Below, piece by piece: positions 28,680 through 37,926 of a stretch of DNA of 64,000 nucleotides. The stretch is from assembly GCA_041891055.1 (NCBI GenBank), contig CP169074.1, forward strand, positions 1,760,001-1,824,000, in the 5' to 3' direction. The notes under the pieces were generated by a model. That model was not told where the DNA came from and did not search any database. It saw only the letters and a program-made list of their open reading frames with translations. The first letter of the stretch is position 1. Each line of letters starts with the position of its first letter. Position numbers and translations under genes: made by a program. The DNA is from Halorutilales archaeon Cl-col2-1 (GTDB taxonomy: Archaea > Halobacteriota > Halobacteria > Halobacteriales > Afararchaeaceae).

Positions 28680-29822
28680 TTACTCAAGAAATCCACTAAC
28701 TGCTGGACCCACGTTCTCTGGCTCGACGAGAAAGGCATCGTGTCCGTAGTCACTCTCCTGTACCGTGTGTTCGACGTCGACGTCTGCCTCCTCGAACGCC
28801 TTCTCCAGGCTCCTCGACTGTTCGACCGTGAAGTGCCAGTCGCCCGTGAAGCTGATTATGAGAGCCTCGCCGTCGAATGCGGCTAAGGCGTCGGCGTCGG
28901 ACTCGTAGCCCTGTGAGAGGTCGTAGTCGTCCATCGCCCTGAGGAGGTATATGTAGCTGTTGGGGTCGAACCTCTCGGCGAACTTCTCCGACTGGTAGTC
29001 GAGGTACGACTCGACGTCCCTGTACTTGAAGAAGTCGCTCGTGGGGTCTGACGAGACTATCTCGTCGTCGGTGGGGTCACGTCTCGCCGACCTCCTCCCG
29101 AACTTGTCCTCCATCGAGTCCTTCGAGAGGTACATTATGTGCCCGATCTGTCTCGCGAGACGCAGACCGTCCTTCGGCGGGTCGGGCTCGCCGTCGTCTC
29201 CCGCGGAGTAGTAACGTCCGCCCCTCCATTTGGGGTCGTTGAGTATCGCTCTCCTCGCTACGGAGTCGAGCGCGAGTGCCTGTGGATCGAGACGCGCCGC
29301 CGTCGCGATAGGGACGACCTTCTCGACGAAGTCGGGGTAGAGCTTCGCCCACTCTAAGACGTTCATGCCGCCGACGCTTCCTCCCACGACTGCGTGGAGG
29401 CTGTCGACCCCGAGTATCTCGAGAAGCATGCTCTGGGCACGTGTCCAGTCTGTGATGGTCACGGGAGGGAAGTCGGGCCCGTAGGGCTCCCCCGTCTCGG
29501 GGTTCTCGCTCGCTGGTCCCGTACTGCCGTAACACGAACCCGGGACGTTCGCACAGACTATGTAGTAGTCGGAGGGATCTATCGGCTTACCGGGACCGAC
29601 TATGTCGTCCCACCACGCCGCAGCCTGCCCGCTCGTCCCAGCGTCACGCCCCCTTCCAGCGACGTGTGAGCTTCCCGTGAGGGCGTGACAGATCAGGACG
29701 GCGTTGTCACCCGTGTACTCGCCGTAGGTCTCGTACGCGACCTCTAGCTCGGGTATCGACTCGCCACACTCGAACTCGAACCGCCCGAGACTCACGGTGT
29801 CACGGGTCACGTCTATCTCCAT
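28680..29822 (-). CDS. metX: Homoserine O-acetyltransferase
   Basis: [28 protein letters not shown]. Confidence 0.95.
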   Translation of the reverse strand: MEIDVTRDTVSLGRFEFECGESIPELEVAYETYGEYTGDNAVLICHALTGSSHVAGRGRDAGTSGQAAAWWDDIVGPGKPIDPSDYYIVCANVPGSCYGSTGPASENPETGEPYGPDFPPVTITDWTRAQSMLLEILGVDSLHAVVGGSVGGMNVLEWAKLYPDFVEKVVPIATAARLDPQALALDSVARRAILNDPKWRGGRYYSAGDDGEPDPPKDGLRLARQIGHIMYLSKDSMEDKFGRRSARRDPTDDEIVSSDPTSDFFKYRDVESYLDYQSEKFAERFDPNSYIYLLRAMDDYDLSQGYESDADALAAFDGEALIISFTGDWHFTVEQSRSLEKAFEEADVDVEHTVQESDYGHDAFLVEPENVGPAVSGFLE

Positions 29823-29825
29823 CTA

Positions 29826-31124
29826 CTACGACACCTCTCTTATCGCGTTATCTATGTCGTCTACTATGTCGTCGGCGTCCTCGATGCCGACCGAGAGACG
29901 TACCATGTCGGGAGTCACACCGCTTGCCTCCTGTTCCTCCTCCGTAAGCTGCTGGTGTGTCGTGCTCGCGGGATGTATCACGAGCGTCTTCGAGTCACCG
30001 ACGTTTGCGAGGAGTGTAGCCAACTCGGTCGCCTCACAGAACCCCCTTCCGGCATCGTAGCCTCCCTCTAAGCCGAAGGTTATCATTCCGCCGTAGCCTC
30101 CGTCGAGGTACTCGGTCGCCTCCTCGTGTGTCTCGTGGCTTTCGAGACCGGGGTAGTTTACCCACGCGACCTCGTCGTGGTCTTCGAGGAACTCGGCGAC
30201 CTCCAAGGCGTTCTCCGACTGCTTCTCCATCCTGAGTGGGAGGGTTTCGAGCTTCTGGGCGGTGTTCCACGCGTCGAAGGGCGACTGCTGGTTCCCGAGG
30301 TCTCTCATCCCCCTCGTCCTCGCGGCGTAGGCGAAGGCTGCGTCTCCGAAACGCTCCTTGAAGTTGACGCCGTGGTAGGCGGGATTGTCACCAGCGACCT
30401 CTGGGTAGTCGTCGGCGTCCCAGTCGAAGCTCCCTCCGTCGACGACGACTCCGCCGACAGTCGTGCCGCTTCCGTGTATCCATTTCGTCGTCGACTCCCA
30501 GACTATGTCAGCTCCGTGGTCGAGAGGGTTGGACAGGAAGGGCGTAGCGAAGGTGTTGTCGATAACGAGAGGAACCCCGTTTTCGTGTGCTACCTCGGCT
30601 AGCCTCTCGATGTCGGGGGTCACGAGAGCGGGGTTGCCGATGGTCTCGGCGTGGACGTACGCGGTGTCGTCGTCTATCTTCTCGCCGAATCCCTCGTAGT
30701 CTAGCGGGTCGACGAAACGTGACTCGACGCCTCGTCTGGGTGCTGTGTGAGTGAAGTAGGTGAACGTACCGCCGTAGAGAGCCGAAGACGTCACGACGTT
30801 GTCTCCCGCAGACGCGAGTATGAAGGTCAGAAGGTCGAGAGACGCCATCCCGCTCGCAGTCGCGACCGCGGCGACTCCGTTTTCGAGACTCGCCATCCTC
30901 TTCTCGAGGACGGCGTTCGTGGGGTTCATTATCCTGCTGTATATGTTGCCCGCCTCTTCGAGACCGAAGAGCTTCGCGGCGTGTTCGGCGTCCTCGAACT
31001 CGTAGGAGGTAGTCTGGTAGATCGGCGGTGCTACCGAACCCGTCGTTGGGTCGGGGTCGTAGCCGTCGTGTACGCTCCGTGTCCTGAACCCGTCGCTTTC
31101 ATCAGATGAGTCTGAGTCAGTCAT
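29826..31124 (-). CDS. metY: O-acetylhomoserine aminocarboxypropyltransferase / sulfhydrylase
   Basis: PIYQTTSY, YSRIMNPT, DNTFATP, STTKW, HPASTTHQQL. Confidence 0.93.
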   Translation of the reverse strand: MTDSDSSDESDGFRTRSVHDGYDPDPTTGSVAPPIYQTTSYEFEDAEHAAKLFGLEEAGNIYSRIMNPTNAVLEKRMASLENGVAAVATASGMASLDLLTFILASAGDNVVTSSALYGGTFTYFTHTAPRRGVESRFVDPLDYEGFGEKIDDDTAYVHAETIGNPALVTPDIERLAEVAHENGVPLVIDNTFATPFLSNPLDHGADIVWESTTKWIHGSGTTVGGVVVDGGSFDWDADDYPEVAGDNPAYHGVNFKERFGDAAFAYAARTRGMRDLGNQQSPFDAWNTAQKLETLPLRMEKQSENALEVAEFLEDHDEVAWVNYPGLESHETHEEATEYLDGGYGGMITFGLEGGYDAGRGFCEATELATLLANVGDSKTLVIHPASTTHQQLTEEEQEASGVTPDMVRLSVGIEDADDIVDDIDNAIREVS

Positions 31125-31249
31125 TGTTACTGTAGTAGTATCGTACTTCTTCGGTTATAAATGCGGTGTACGTACCGGTGTATGACACGGGTCTGACTGA
31201 GATTTATACGTACGGATATATAGTCTCAAACGCGCGGGAATCCGAGCGA

Positions 31250-31379
31250 TGGGTATGCAGGGACTTGAACCCCGGGCTTCCCGTGGCTGTAACCGGGCGG
31301 AGTGCCGCGCGGACTCACTCCGTCCGTGGCTCTACAGTACACAACAGTCACGGGCGTTCTTCCGCTGAACTACATACCC
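31250..31379 (-). ncRNA. tRNA or tRNA-like RNA, 130 nt, with 65 nt enclosed by the anticodon stem; isotype unresolved
   Basis: Acceptor GGGTATG/CATACCC-A, D arm GTTC-AGCGGAA-GAAC, stem CCCGT/ACGGG, T arm CGGGG-TTCAAGT-CCCTG. Confidence 0.75.
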
Positions 31380-31452
31380 CGAGCCAACTCTCTAGCCGGA
31401 GACCACAAAAATCTATCCCCATTATTATGAGGGAGCCACGACGACTTAGAGT

Positions 31453-32646
31453 ATGAGTCTGAGTCTCCCTGTCGACCCCGGAAAACTCGAAGAAGCAGCC
31501 GAGGAGTTCGGCACACCCGTCTATGTCACCGACTCCGAGACGATACGCGATAGATACTCCGAGATGAGTGACGCCTTCCCCGACGCGAGGATACAGTACG
31601 CCGCGAAGGCAAATACCAACCCTCGTATACTCGAAGTTCTGAGGGACGAGGGCGCGGCGGTCGATGCCGTATCGCTCGGCGAGGTCGTAGCAGCCGAGAA
31701 AGCAGGGTTTGAGCCCGACGAAATAATGTATACGGGGGTCAACCCGCCCGAAGAAGAGTTACGGCGTGTCATCGAGAAGGACGTCAGGCTAAACGCCGAC
31801 TCGGTAAGCGGAATAGAGAGGATCGCCGAGATAGACCCCGGTAGGGAGATAGGTATACGTGTCAACCCTTCGGTGGGCGCAGGACACCACGAGAAGGTCA
31901 TCACGGGGGGCGAGGGATCGAAGTTCGGAGTACCCGAGGAGGCGATAGTCGAGGCGTACGAACGCGCCGACGAAGTCGGTCTCGAAGCCGTTGGCGTACA
32001 TATGCATATAGGGAGCGGAGTCACCCAGCGCGAGCCCTTCGAGAAGGCGGCGGAGAAGATGGGCGAGATAGTCGGAAGGATAGAGGACGCGGGATATAAG
32101 ATGGAGTACATAGACGTCGGCGGCGGAATAGGTGTGCCGTACAGACCCGGCGACGACAGACCCGACCTGAGCGGCATAGCCGACGGGATACGTGAAGGAC
32201 TCGGAACCGAGTCACGTGACACCGAACTGATAGTCGAGCCGGGACGTTTCTTAGTCGCCGAGTCGACAGTCCTTCTTACGCGGGTCAACACGGTAAAGGA
32301 TGGCTTCGTGGGGGTCGATGCGGGCTTCAACACTCTACTCCGTCCCGCGATGTACGACGCCTACCACCATATCACTAACCTGTCACGCGACGCGCCCGAG
32401 AGAAAGGTCGATGTCGTAGGTCCGATCTGTGAGACGGGAGACGTCTTAGGGGAGGACAGACGGATCGCCGATCCGAGAGAGGGAGACGTCTTAGCGATCC
32501 ACACCGCGGGAGCCTACGGCTTCTCTATGTCTTCACGTTACAACTCACGACGTCTCCCAGCCGAAGTGATGGTCTCGAACGGCGGTCTTGAGCTTATACG
32601 TCAACGCGAGACATTCGACGACGTATTCGGGAAGGTCGTCGAGTGA
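31453..32646 (+). CDS. lysA: Diaminopimelate decarboxylase
   Basis: YAAKAN, SKFG, HMHIGS, EPGR, GPICETGD, GAYG, YNSR. Confidence 0.95.
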   Translation: MSLSLPVDPGKLEEAAEEFGTPVYVTDSETIRDRYSEMSDAFPDARIQYAAKANTNPRILEVLRDEGAAVDAVSLGEVVAAEKAGFEPDEIMYTGVNPPEEELRRVIEKDVRLNADSVSGIERIAEIDPGREIGIRVNPSVGAGHHEKVITGGEGSKFGVPEEAIVEAYERADEVGLEAVGVHMHIGSGVTQREPFEKAAEKMGEIVGRIEDAGYKMEYIDVGGGIGVPYRPGDDRPDLSGIADGIREGLGTESRDTELIVEPGRFLVAESTVLLTRVNTVKDGFVGVDAGFNTLLRPAMYDAYHHITNLSRDAPERKVDVVGPICETGDVLGEDRRIADPREGDVLAIHTAGAYGFSMSSRYNSRRLPAEVMVSNGGLELIRQRETFDDVFGKVVE

Positions 32647-32653
32647 AGGACAG

Positions 32654-33046
32654 TCAACCATGTGCACTGACTGCGTTCTTCCGTGAGATACTGACGTTAA
32701 TATCTATGTCGTCGTAGGGCACGACGGGCTTCTTAGCACGTCCTTCCTCACGTAGCTCAACTACACCGTACTCTTCGAGAGTATGTACGTCGTCATGTAC
32801 CTCGCTGGGATTACGACCGAGTACCTCGGCTAACTCACGTATGCTTCCGACATCCACAGTCATCAACGTCTGTATGAGCTCTAACCGCTTCGGCGTTAGT
32901 AGACGCTGTACGTCAGAAGGTTCTACAAAGATTATACTTGTCTCTGTAACTTCCTCTCCATCGTCGAACTTCCTCGCCTTTTCGAGTGCTTTCTCCTTTG
33001 CGTCTTCCCAAGTCTGTGTTTGTATTTTTAGCGTCTTCTCAGTCAT
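32654..33046 (-). CDS. HTH DNA-binding protein (HVO_A0114-like), putative antitoxin
   Basis: LLTPKRLELI..SIRELAEVLGRNPSEVHDDV..LEEYGVV..KKPVVPYD; start re-called at MTEKTL. Confidence 0.75.
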   Translation of the reverse strand: MTEKTLKIQTQTWEDAKEKALEKARKFDDGEEVTETSIIFVEPSDVQRLLTPKRLELIQTLMTVDVGSIRELAEVLGRNPSEVHDDVHTLEEYGVVELREEGRAKKPVVPYDDIDINVSISRKNAVSAHG

Positions 33047-33048
33047 GG

Positions 33049-33351
33049 TTACACCTCCGTGTCGTCTCGGCTCCTGATCTCTTCGACCTCCTCGAAGAAC
33101 CTCTCCAGATGTTCCTCCACCGATCCCGACCACTCTATGATTTCGGGATCGTTGAGGTCGGCGTAGTGTCGCTCGTGGACTCCGTGACTGTTGTCGTATC
33201 TCAGTATCCTCGTACCGTCGTGTACGTACTGAAAGCCGTACTTCACCCCTCTCGGAAATCTGTCGCTTTTGGGCACCGAGGTGAACCGGTACTCGACAAA
33301 TCCGTCGGGGAATTCGATACGGTTAGGAGTTTCTTCTTCATCTATCTCCAT
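33049..33351 (-). CDS. DUF6516/TumE-like small protein, putative toxin
   Basis: VPKSDRFPRGVKY..ILRYDNSHG.HERH, coupled to the HTH gene. Confidence 0.75.
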   Translation of the reverse strand: MEIDEEETPNRIEFPDGFVEYRFTSVPKSDRFPRGVKYGFQYVHDGTRILRYDNSHGVHERHYADLNDPEIIEWSGSVEEHLERFFEEVEEIRSRDDTEV

Positions 33352-33499
33352 CTGACGACACCATTAGGGTCACAGGCTAACAAAGAACCCGTGTCTGGAT
33401 AAGTGTTAGGGTGGGAACCTAACAAAGACGACGCCCGGTCTGGTAAGAGTCTGAAACCTCCCCATACTTTTATATGGGATTCCTCCGTATGGCACAGAT

Positions 33500-33919
33500 A
33501 TGGCACAAAAGAACAGGAACGGGGCGGACGACGCCGTCTCGCCGGTTATCGGTGTGATACTGATGGTAGCTATCACCGTGATACTCGCGGCGGTCATCGG
33601 AACGTTCGTCCTCGGACTCGGTGGACAGGTACAGCAGAACGCTCAGGCAGGAGTGACGTTTGAGCAAGGTGAGGACTCTGTAGATATAACTCTATCATCA
33701 CTACAAAGGGCAGATAATATATATATAATATCACCAAAGGATGGAGAGGGATCTCAGACTTGTGATACGGGATGGGATAGCCAAAGCAATGTGGGCAGCA
33801 CTTACACTGTGCCTGATGATTGTGAAACCACATTCACATTAGCATCAAGTGGGCAAATTAGAGTTGTTGGGGAATATCAGGGATCAAGAAATACTATCCA
33901 GACATATGAGATAAGCTAA
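33500..33919 (+). CDS. pilA: Archaeal type IV pilin
   Basis: Class III signal with conserved H-domain [31 protein letters not shown]. Confidence 0.92.
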   Translation: MAQKNRNGADDAVSPVIGVILMVAITVILAAVIGTFVLGLGGQVQQNAQAGVTFEQGEDSVDITLSSLQRADNIYIISPKDGEGSQTCDTGWDSQSNVGSTYTVPDDCETTFTLASSGQIRVVGEYQGSRNTIQTYEIS

Positions 33920-33921
33920 TT

Positions 33922-34353
33922 ATGATACATGAAAAACACACCGAAGAAGATGCTGTATCGCCTGTAATAGGTGTTATATTAATGGTAGCTATCACCGTGA
34001 TACTCGCGGCGGTCATCGGAACGTTCGTCCTCGGACTCGGTGGACAGGTGCAGCAGAACGCGCAGGCGGGAGTGTCGTTTGAGCAAACAGATGATACAAC
34101 AGTGTCAACAGACTGTACTGCTGCTACTTGTGTCAAAATAACCTTAAACTCTTTACAAAGAGCAGATAGTATTCGCATAGAAGGAGACGGAACTGTTCAA
34201 AATAACCCATGGAGTGAAAGTAATGATGGTGTTACTCAGAGTGAAGTAGGAACAACGGCATGGGTAGATGGGCTTTCATCAGATAATCAAATAACTATAG
34301 TCGGTGAGTACCAAGGCAGTTCCAACACTATACAGACGTACACAGTCAAGTAA
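33922..34353 (+). CDS. pilA: Archaeal type IV pilin (second copy)
   Basis: Same H-domain; divergent AT-rich globular domain. Confidence 0.92.
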   Translation: MIHEKHTEEDAVSPVIGVILMVAITVILAAVIGTFVLGLGGQVQQNAQAGVSFEQTDDTTVSTDCTAATCVKITLNSLQRADSIRIEGDGTVQNNPWSESNDGVTQSEVGTTAWVDGLSSDNQITIVGEYQGSSNTIQTYTVK

Positions 34354-34624
34354 ACTACTCGATAAAATTTTTGTTTTGAAGCGCATCCAACATAAAAACT
34401 GACTATGTTTGAAATTAGAATAGGGGAGTGGAGATGAACAACTCTGGATGACGGGGCTCAACTTAGCATTCTAACACTGATACGTCCACTAAACCATTCT
34501 TCCCAACAAAGGAACGTATCAGAAGGTCGTCGTAGAAAAATTTCTTCTCGACGAGACGTAAGATCCCGAGAGCTTCGAGTCAGTAACATATAATAACACA
34601 AGATAACATACTATAACACGGATA

Positions 34625-34987
34625 ATGCCGATAGGGATAGACGAGTTCGAACACGCGCCCGAGAAGGCACTCGGCATCGACAGAGACACCAACCAGTGGC
34701 AGGTTGTCGAGTTTCTTCTGGAGAACCGTGACAAGGCTTTCACTCCGAAGGAGATCGAGAGCGAAGTCGGTATACCCCAAGGTAGCGCGGGTGTGATACT
34801 CTCGCGCCTCGAAGAGAAGGGGATAGTTAGACACAAGGGTAAGTACTGGGCTGTAGAACGCGACGACAGGCTCGCGGGTATCACGTCGATGGTTGCGAGC
34901 ACCCGGTCGGCTAACGAAACTTTAGGAGAGGAGGAGATAGACGAATGGACAGAACACGCAGAAGAGGACGTAAAGGATGGTCTTTAG
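34625..34987 (+). CDS. Winged-helix (MarR-like) protein, putative antitoxin
   Basis: MPIGIDEFE..FLLENRDKAFTPKEI..GSAGVILSRLEEKGIVRHKGKYW. Confidence 0.75.
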   Translation: MPIGIDEFEHAPEKALGIDRDTNQWQVVEFLLENRDKAFTPKEIESEVGIPQGSAGVILSRLEEKGIVRHKGKYWAVERDDRLAGITSMVASTRSANETLGEEEIDEWTEHAEEDVKDGL

Positions 34988-35018
34988 TCGAGGCGACGTC
35001 GTCTGGGCTCCCGACTTC
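34977..35018 (+). pseudogene. 5' remnant of PemK/MazF-like toxin
   Basis: MVFSRGDVVWAPDF overlaps the antitoxin stop, then runs into the convergent PIN gene. Confidence 0.6.
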
Positions 35019-35435
35019 TTAATAGCTCGGCTCTAGTCTCTCGACTATCCCGTCGAAGTCGGTGTCGAAGCTCAGAACCCTGTCAATACTTCTCTCGCGC
35101 ATCACGGCGACAGTGACAGCGTCGGTGAAAGACAGATCTTGATCCGAGTACTTCTCGAAGATCTCGACGCCTTGCTCGAAGTCGTTCTTCGAAACGTGTT
35201 CCAGACTTATCCAGTCTCGGTTGAGAATCCTGTCCGAGATCTCCATCGACTCCGAGAACTCTCCGGTTCGTCTGAGTGCGAGAGTAACGGCTTCGTCATA
35301 GACGTAATCAGTCGTGTAGGGCTCTCCGTACTTTCCTTTCAGGACTGTCGTAAGAGATTCCTTGGCTGGTCTGTGACGACTCGAAGACCGGTTCTGGTGA
35401 GCGTAGAACACACCCGTGTCTATCAGAACCGACAT
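35019..35435 (-). CDS. vapC: PIN-domain (VapC) toxin
   Basis: VLIDTGVF, TDYVYDEAVT, LSFTDA, SFDTDFD. Confidence 0.9.
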   Translation of the reverse strand: MSVLIDTGVFYAHQNRSSSRHRPAKESLTTVLKGKYGEPYTTDYVYDEAVTLALRRTGEFSESMEISDRILNRDWISLEHVSKNDFEQGVEIFEKYSDQDLSFTDAVTVAVMRERSIDRVLSFDTDFDGIVERLEPSY

Positions 35436-35436
35436 A

Positions 35437-35718
35437 CTATCCGTAGAGTACTTCGTCGATCTCGTCCTCGCCGAGATCCTCATCCCAGTCGGAGATTCCC
35501 TCGTGGAAGTCGTCTATCTCGTCGTCGCTGAGAGGCACGGATAACTCCTTGAATGACTCTATTATCTCGTCTTCGGTCGACATAGCGTGGCTGACTACCT
35601 TCTCAAGTACCTCTTCCTGTGTGACTTTCTTGCCAGTCTCTATCTTTATTCTAGCTTGTAACTCCTCTATCCTTGATTTTGTTCCCTCGTCTATCTTCAC
35701 CGATGTGCTCATGTTCAT
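35437..35718 (-). CDS. Putative antitoxin (ribbon-helix-helix-like)
   Basis: STSVKIDEGTK..LQARIKIETGKKVTQEEVL..EIDEVLYG, directly upstream of the PIN gene. Confidence 0.75.
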   Translation of the reverse strand: MNMSTSVKIDEGTKSRIEELQARIKIETGKKVTQEEVLEKVVSHAMSTEDEIIESFKELSVPLSDDEIDDFHEGISDWDEDLGEDEIDEVLYG

Positions 35719-35818
35719 CGTAGAGGATTCTTCTGTATAAACTCTTCCACGCTTGAATACGACAAAGTCACCGGAATAGTCTCCCACTCACCTCGCCGAC
35801 GAAGAAATAACACGACGA

Positions 35819-36670
35819 CTAAACCAACTTCTCGTAGACGGACACGGCGTCTGAGACCTCGTATCCCGCTGACTCAAGCGAGTTGACGTAGTCGGGGTCG
35901 TCGGGAACGAACGCGAGGACGTCGTCGGCGTCCTCGACACGTGCCTCCGTCCTCATCTGTAGACCGAGGTCGGTTATGTACCGTGTCTTCGCCCACGCAA
36001 ACCCCATCACGAGTTCGTCGCGGTCGTCCTCCTCTGTCGTGTTGACACGGACTCCCGTCGGAAGACACGCTCCGACCGTCTCGCCGTCCTCGTCGCGGAG
36101 GTAGAGAGGGTCGAAGTCGACGTCTTCGAGGCTTCCGTTTCCGAGACTCGCCGCCCGCCAGTCACATACGTAGAGACCACCCATCTCCTCGTGGGCTTCG
36201 GTTCCCTCGACGACGTCGGCGAACTCCTCGTTCTCGTCTCTCTCCAGCCTCGTCGAGTAAGGGAATCCGAAGGCTCTCGCGTGTCTCAGAGACGCGACGT
36301 GTCCGAAGCCGAGATCGTCGAAGAGATCCTGTCCGACGCCGTTCGACCTGAAGACCATACACCGGATGACCTGTCTTCCTCCTTCGCGTGCCCTCTCCTC
36401 GGCTGCCTCAATGAGACGTGTCGCCACACCCTCGCGCCTGTAGTCGGGATCGACCCGTAGCCCCTCTATCCAAGCCTCGTCCTCCGAGACCCCGACGAGA
36501 TGTATCACACCGACGACTGTGCCCTCGACGTCTCCTACGAGTAGGTCGCCTTCTTCGATCCAGTCTTCCCAGACCTCGGGTATGTAGTCCCAGCCGTCCC
36601 AGGTCTCCGAGGCGAATCCGAGTACGTCTTCGCGATCCTCGGGACGAGCGTCTCTGATCCCTATCTCCAT
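35819..36670 (-). CDS. GNAT family N-acetyltransferase
   Basis: IRDARPED, DYIPEVW, EGLRVDPDYRREGVAT acetyl-CoA motif. Confidence 0.88.
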   Translation of the reverse strand: MEIGIRDARPEDREDVLGFASETWDGWDYIPEVWEDWIEEGDLLVGDVEGTVVGVIHLVGVSEDEAWIEGLRVDPDYRREGVATRLIEAAEERAREGGRQVIRCMVFRSNGVGQDLFDDLGFGHVASLRHARAFGFPYSTRLERDENEEFADVVEGTEAHEEMGGLYVCDWRAASLGNGSLEDVDFDPLYLRDEDGETVGACLPTGVRVNTTEEDDRDELVMGFAWAKTRYITDLGLQMRTEARVEDADDVLAFVPDDPDYVNSLESAGYEVSDAVSVYEKLV

Positions 36671-37926
36671 GGACGTGATGTCTCGGTGATCTCTCCCGCG
36701 AGGCTCTCCTCCATCGCAGACTCGGGGTCGTCTGTGTTAGCCAGAACCCACATCAGCTTGACGTATGCCGTCTCGGGGAGACTGTCGCCCGCCTCGACGA
36801 CTCCCGCGTCCAAGAGGTCGCGTCCCGTGTCGTAGACCCTGTCACAGACACGTCCCTCGATACACTGTGACGTCATAACGAAGACGGGGTCGAGTCCGTC
36901 GATCTTCTCCGCCCAGTCCGACTTGACGTGTCCGAGTCCTGTTCCCTCAAGAACCACACCGTCCTTCTCGGAGTAGAAGTCGAGTATCTCGCCGTCGCTT
37001 CCTGGCGTGTACTTCACGAGTTCGACGTCGGTGTTGAGGTCGTCCTCAAGCCGGAGTTCGTTCTCACCTCTCTCGTCGTACTCCCTCCTCGTGGTTATCT
37101 CACGCGTCTCGTACTCTATTTCGCCGAGCGGCTTTCTCCCGACTGTCTCGAAGGCGTCACGTCGGCTCGTGTGGTTCTTCCTGACCCTCGTCGCCCTGTG
37201 GAGAGCGCATCTGTGGTCGCTCTCGTCGGCGTGCATACAGACGAGAACCTCCGCTATGTCCGACTTCGCCGCCTCGACTGCACAGACTGCGTTGACGACG
37301 TTGTCACTCGAAGGACGGTCAGCCGACCTCTGTGACCCCACGAAGACGACCGGAACCGGGGTGTCGAGCATGAACGCGAGCGCGCTTGCGGTGTGCTGCA
37401 TCGTGTCTGTGCCGTGCATAACCACGACGCCGTCGGCACCCGACTCTATCTCGTCCCTGACAGCACGCGCTAGCTCCTGCCAGTGTTCGGGAGTCATGTT
37501 CTCGCTGAGTATGTTCGAGACGACACTTCCCCTGTAGTTGGCGAGTCCCGCGAGGTCAGGGACGGCTCTCAGGACGTCCTCAGCGTCGAACTGTGCCGTG
37601 ACGGCTCCGGTGCGGTAGTCGACGGTCGAGGCTATCGTACCTCCCGTAGATATTAATGAGACTGTGGGCAGGTCGTCCTCGAATACGACCTCCGTCTCTT
37701 CTTCGTCCTCCGACTTCGACTTCTCTGTCTCTGACTTCTGGCTGACCTCCTCACCCTCGTCTATGACCTCGATCTCCGCATTCTCGCGGTCTATTCCGAC
37801 GTTGTAGCCTCCTTCGATCTTAACCACGAGATGTTCGTCGTCCGACGACGGCAGGAGTATACCCTCGAACTCCTCGCCCTCGCTCTCTACTCTGACCGTG
37901 TCTCCTTCCTTAGCCTTAGCTGTCAT
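36661..37926 (-). CDS. gatD: Glu-tRNA(Gln) amidotransferase subunit D
   Basis: KIEGGYNVG, STGGTIAS, HGTDT, GSQRSADRPSSD, KNHTSRRDAF. Confidence 0.95.
   Translation of the reverse strand: MTAKAKEGDTVRVESEGEEFEGILLPSSDDEHLVVKIEGGYNVGIDRENAEIEVIDEGEEVSQKSETEKSKSEDEEETEVVFEDDLPTVSLISTGGTIASTVDYRTGAVTAQFDAEDVLRAVPDLAGLANYRGSVVSNILSENMTPEHWQELARAVRDEIESGADGVVVMHGTDTMQHTASALAFMLDTPVPVVFVGSQRSADRPSSDNVVNAVCAVEAAKSDIAEVLVCMHADESDHRCALHRATRVRKNHTSRRDAFETVGRKPLGEIEYETREITTRREYDERGENELRLEDDLNTDVELVKYTPGSDGEILDFYSEKDGVVLEGTGLGHVKSDWAEKIDGLDPVFVMTSQCIEGRVCDRVYDTGRDLLDAGVVEAGDSLPETAYVKLMWVLANTDDPESAMEESLAGEITETSRPWR

Noticed and set aside
31250-31379. tRNA-Sec, tRNA-Pyl or intron-containing tRNA-Trp
   Set aside because: 7-bp acceptor, no TCA/CTA/CCA anticodon in a proper loop, and no clear C/D boxes.
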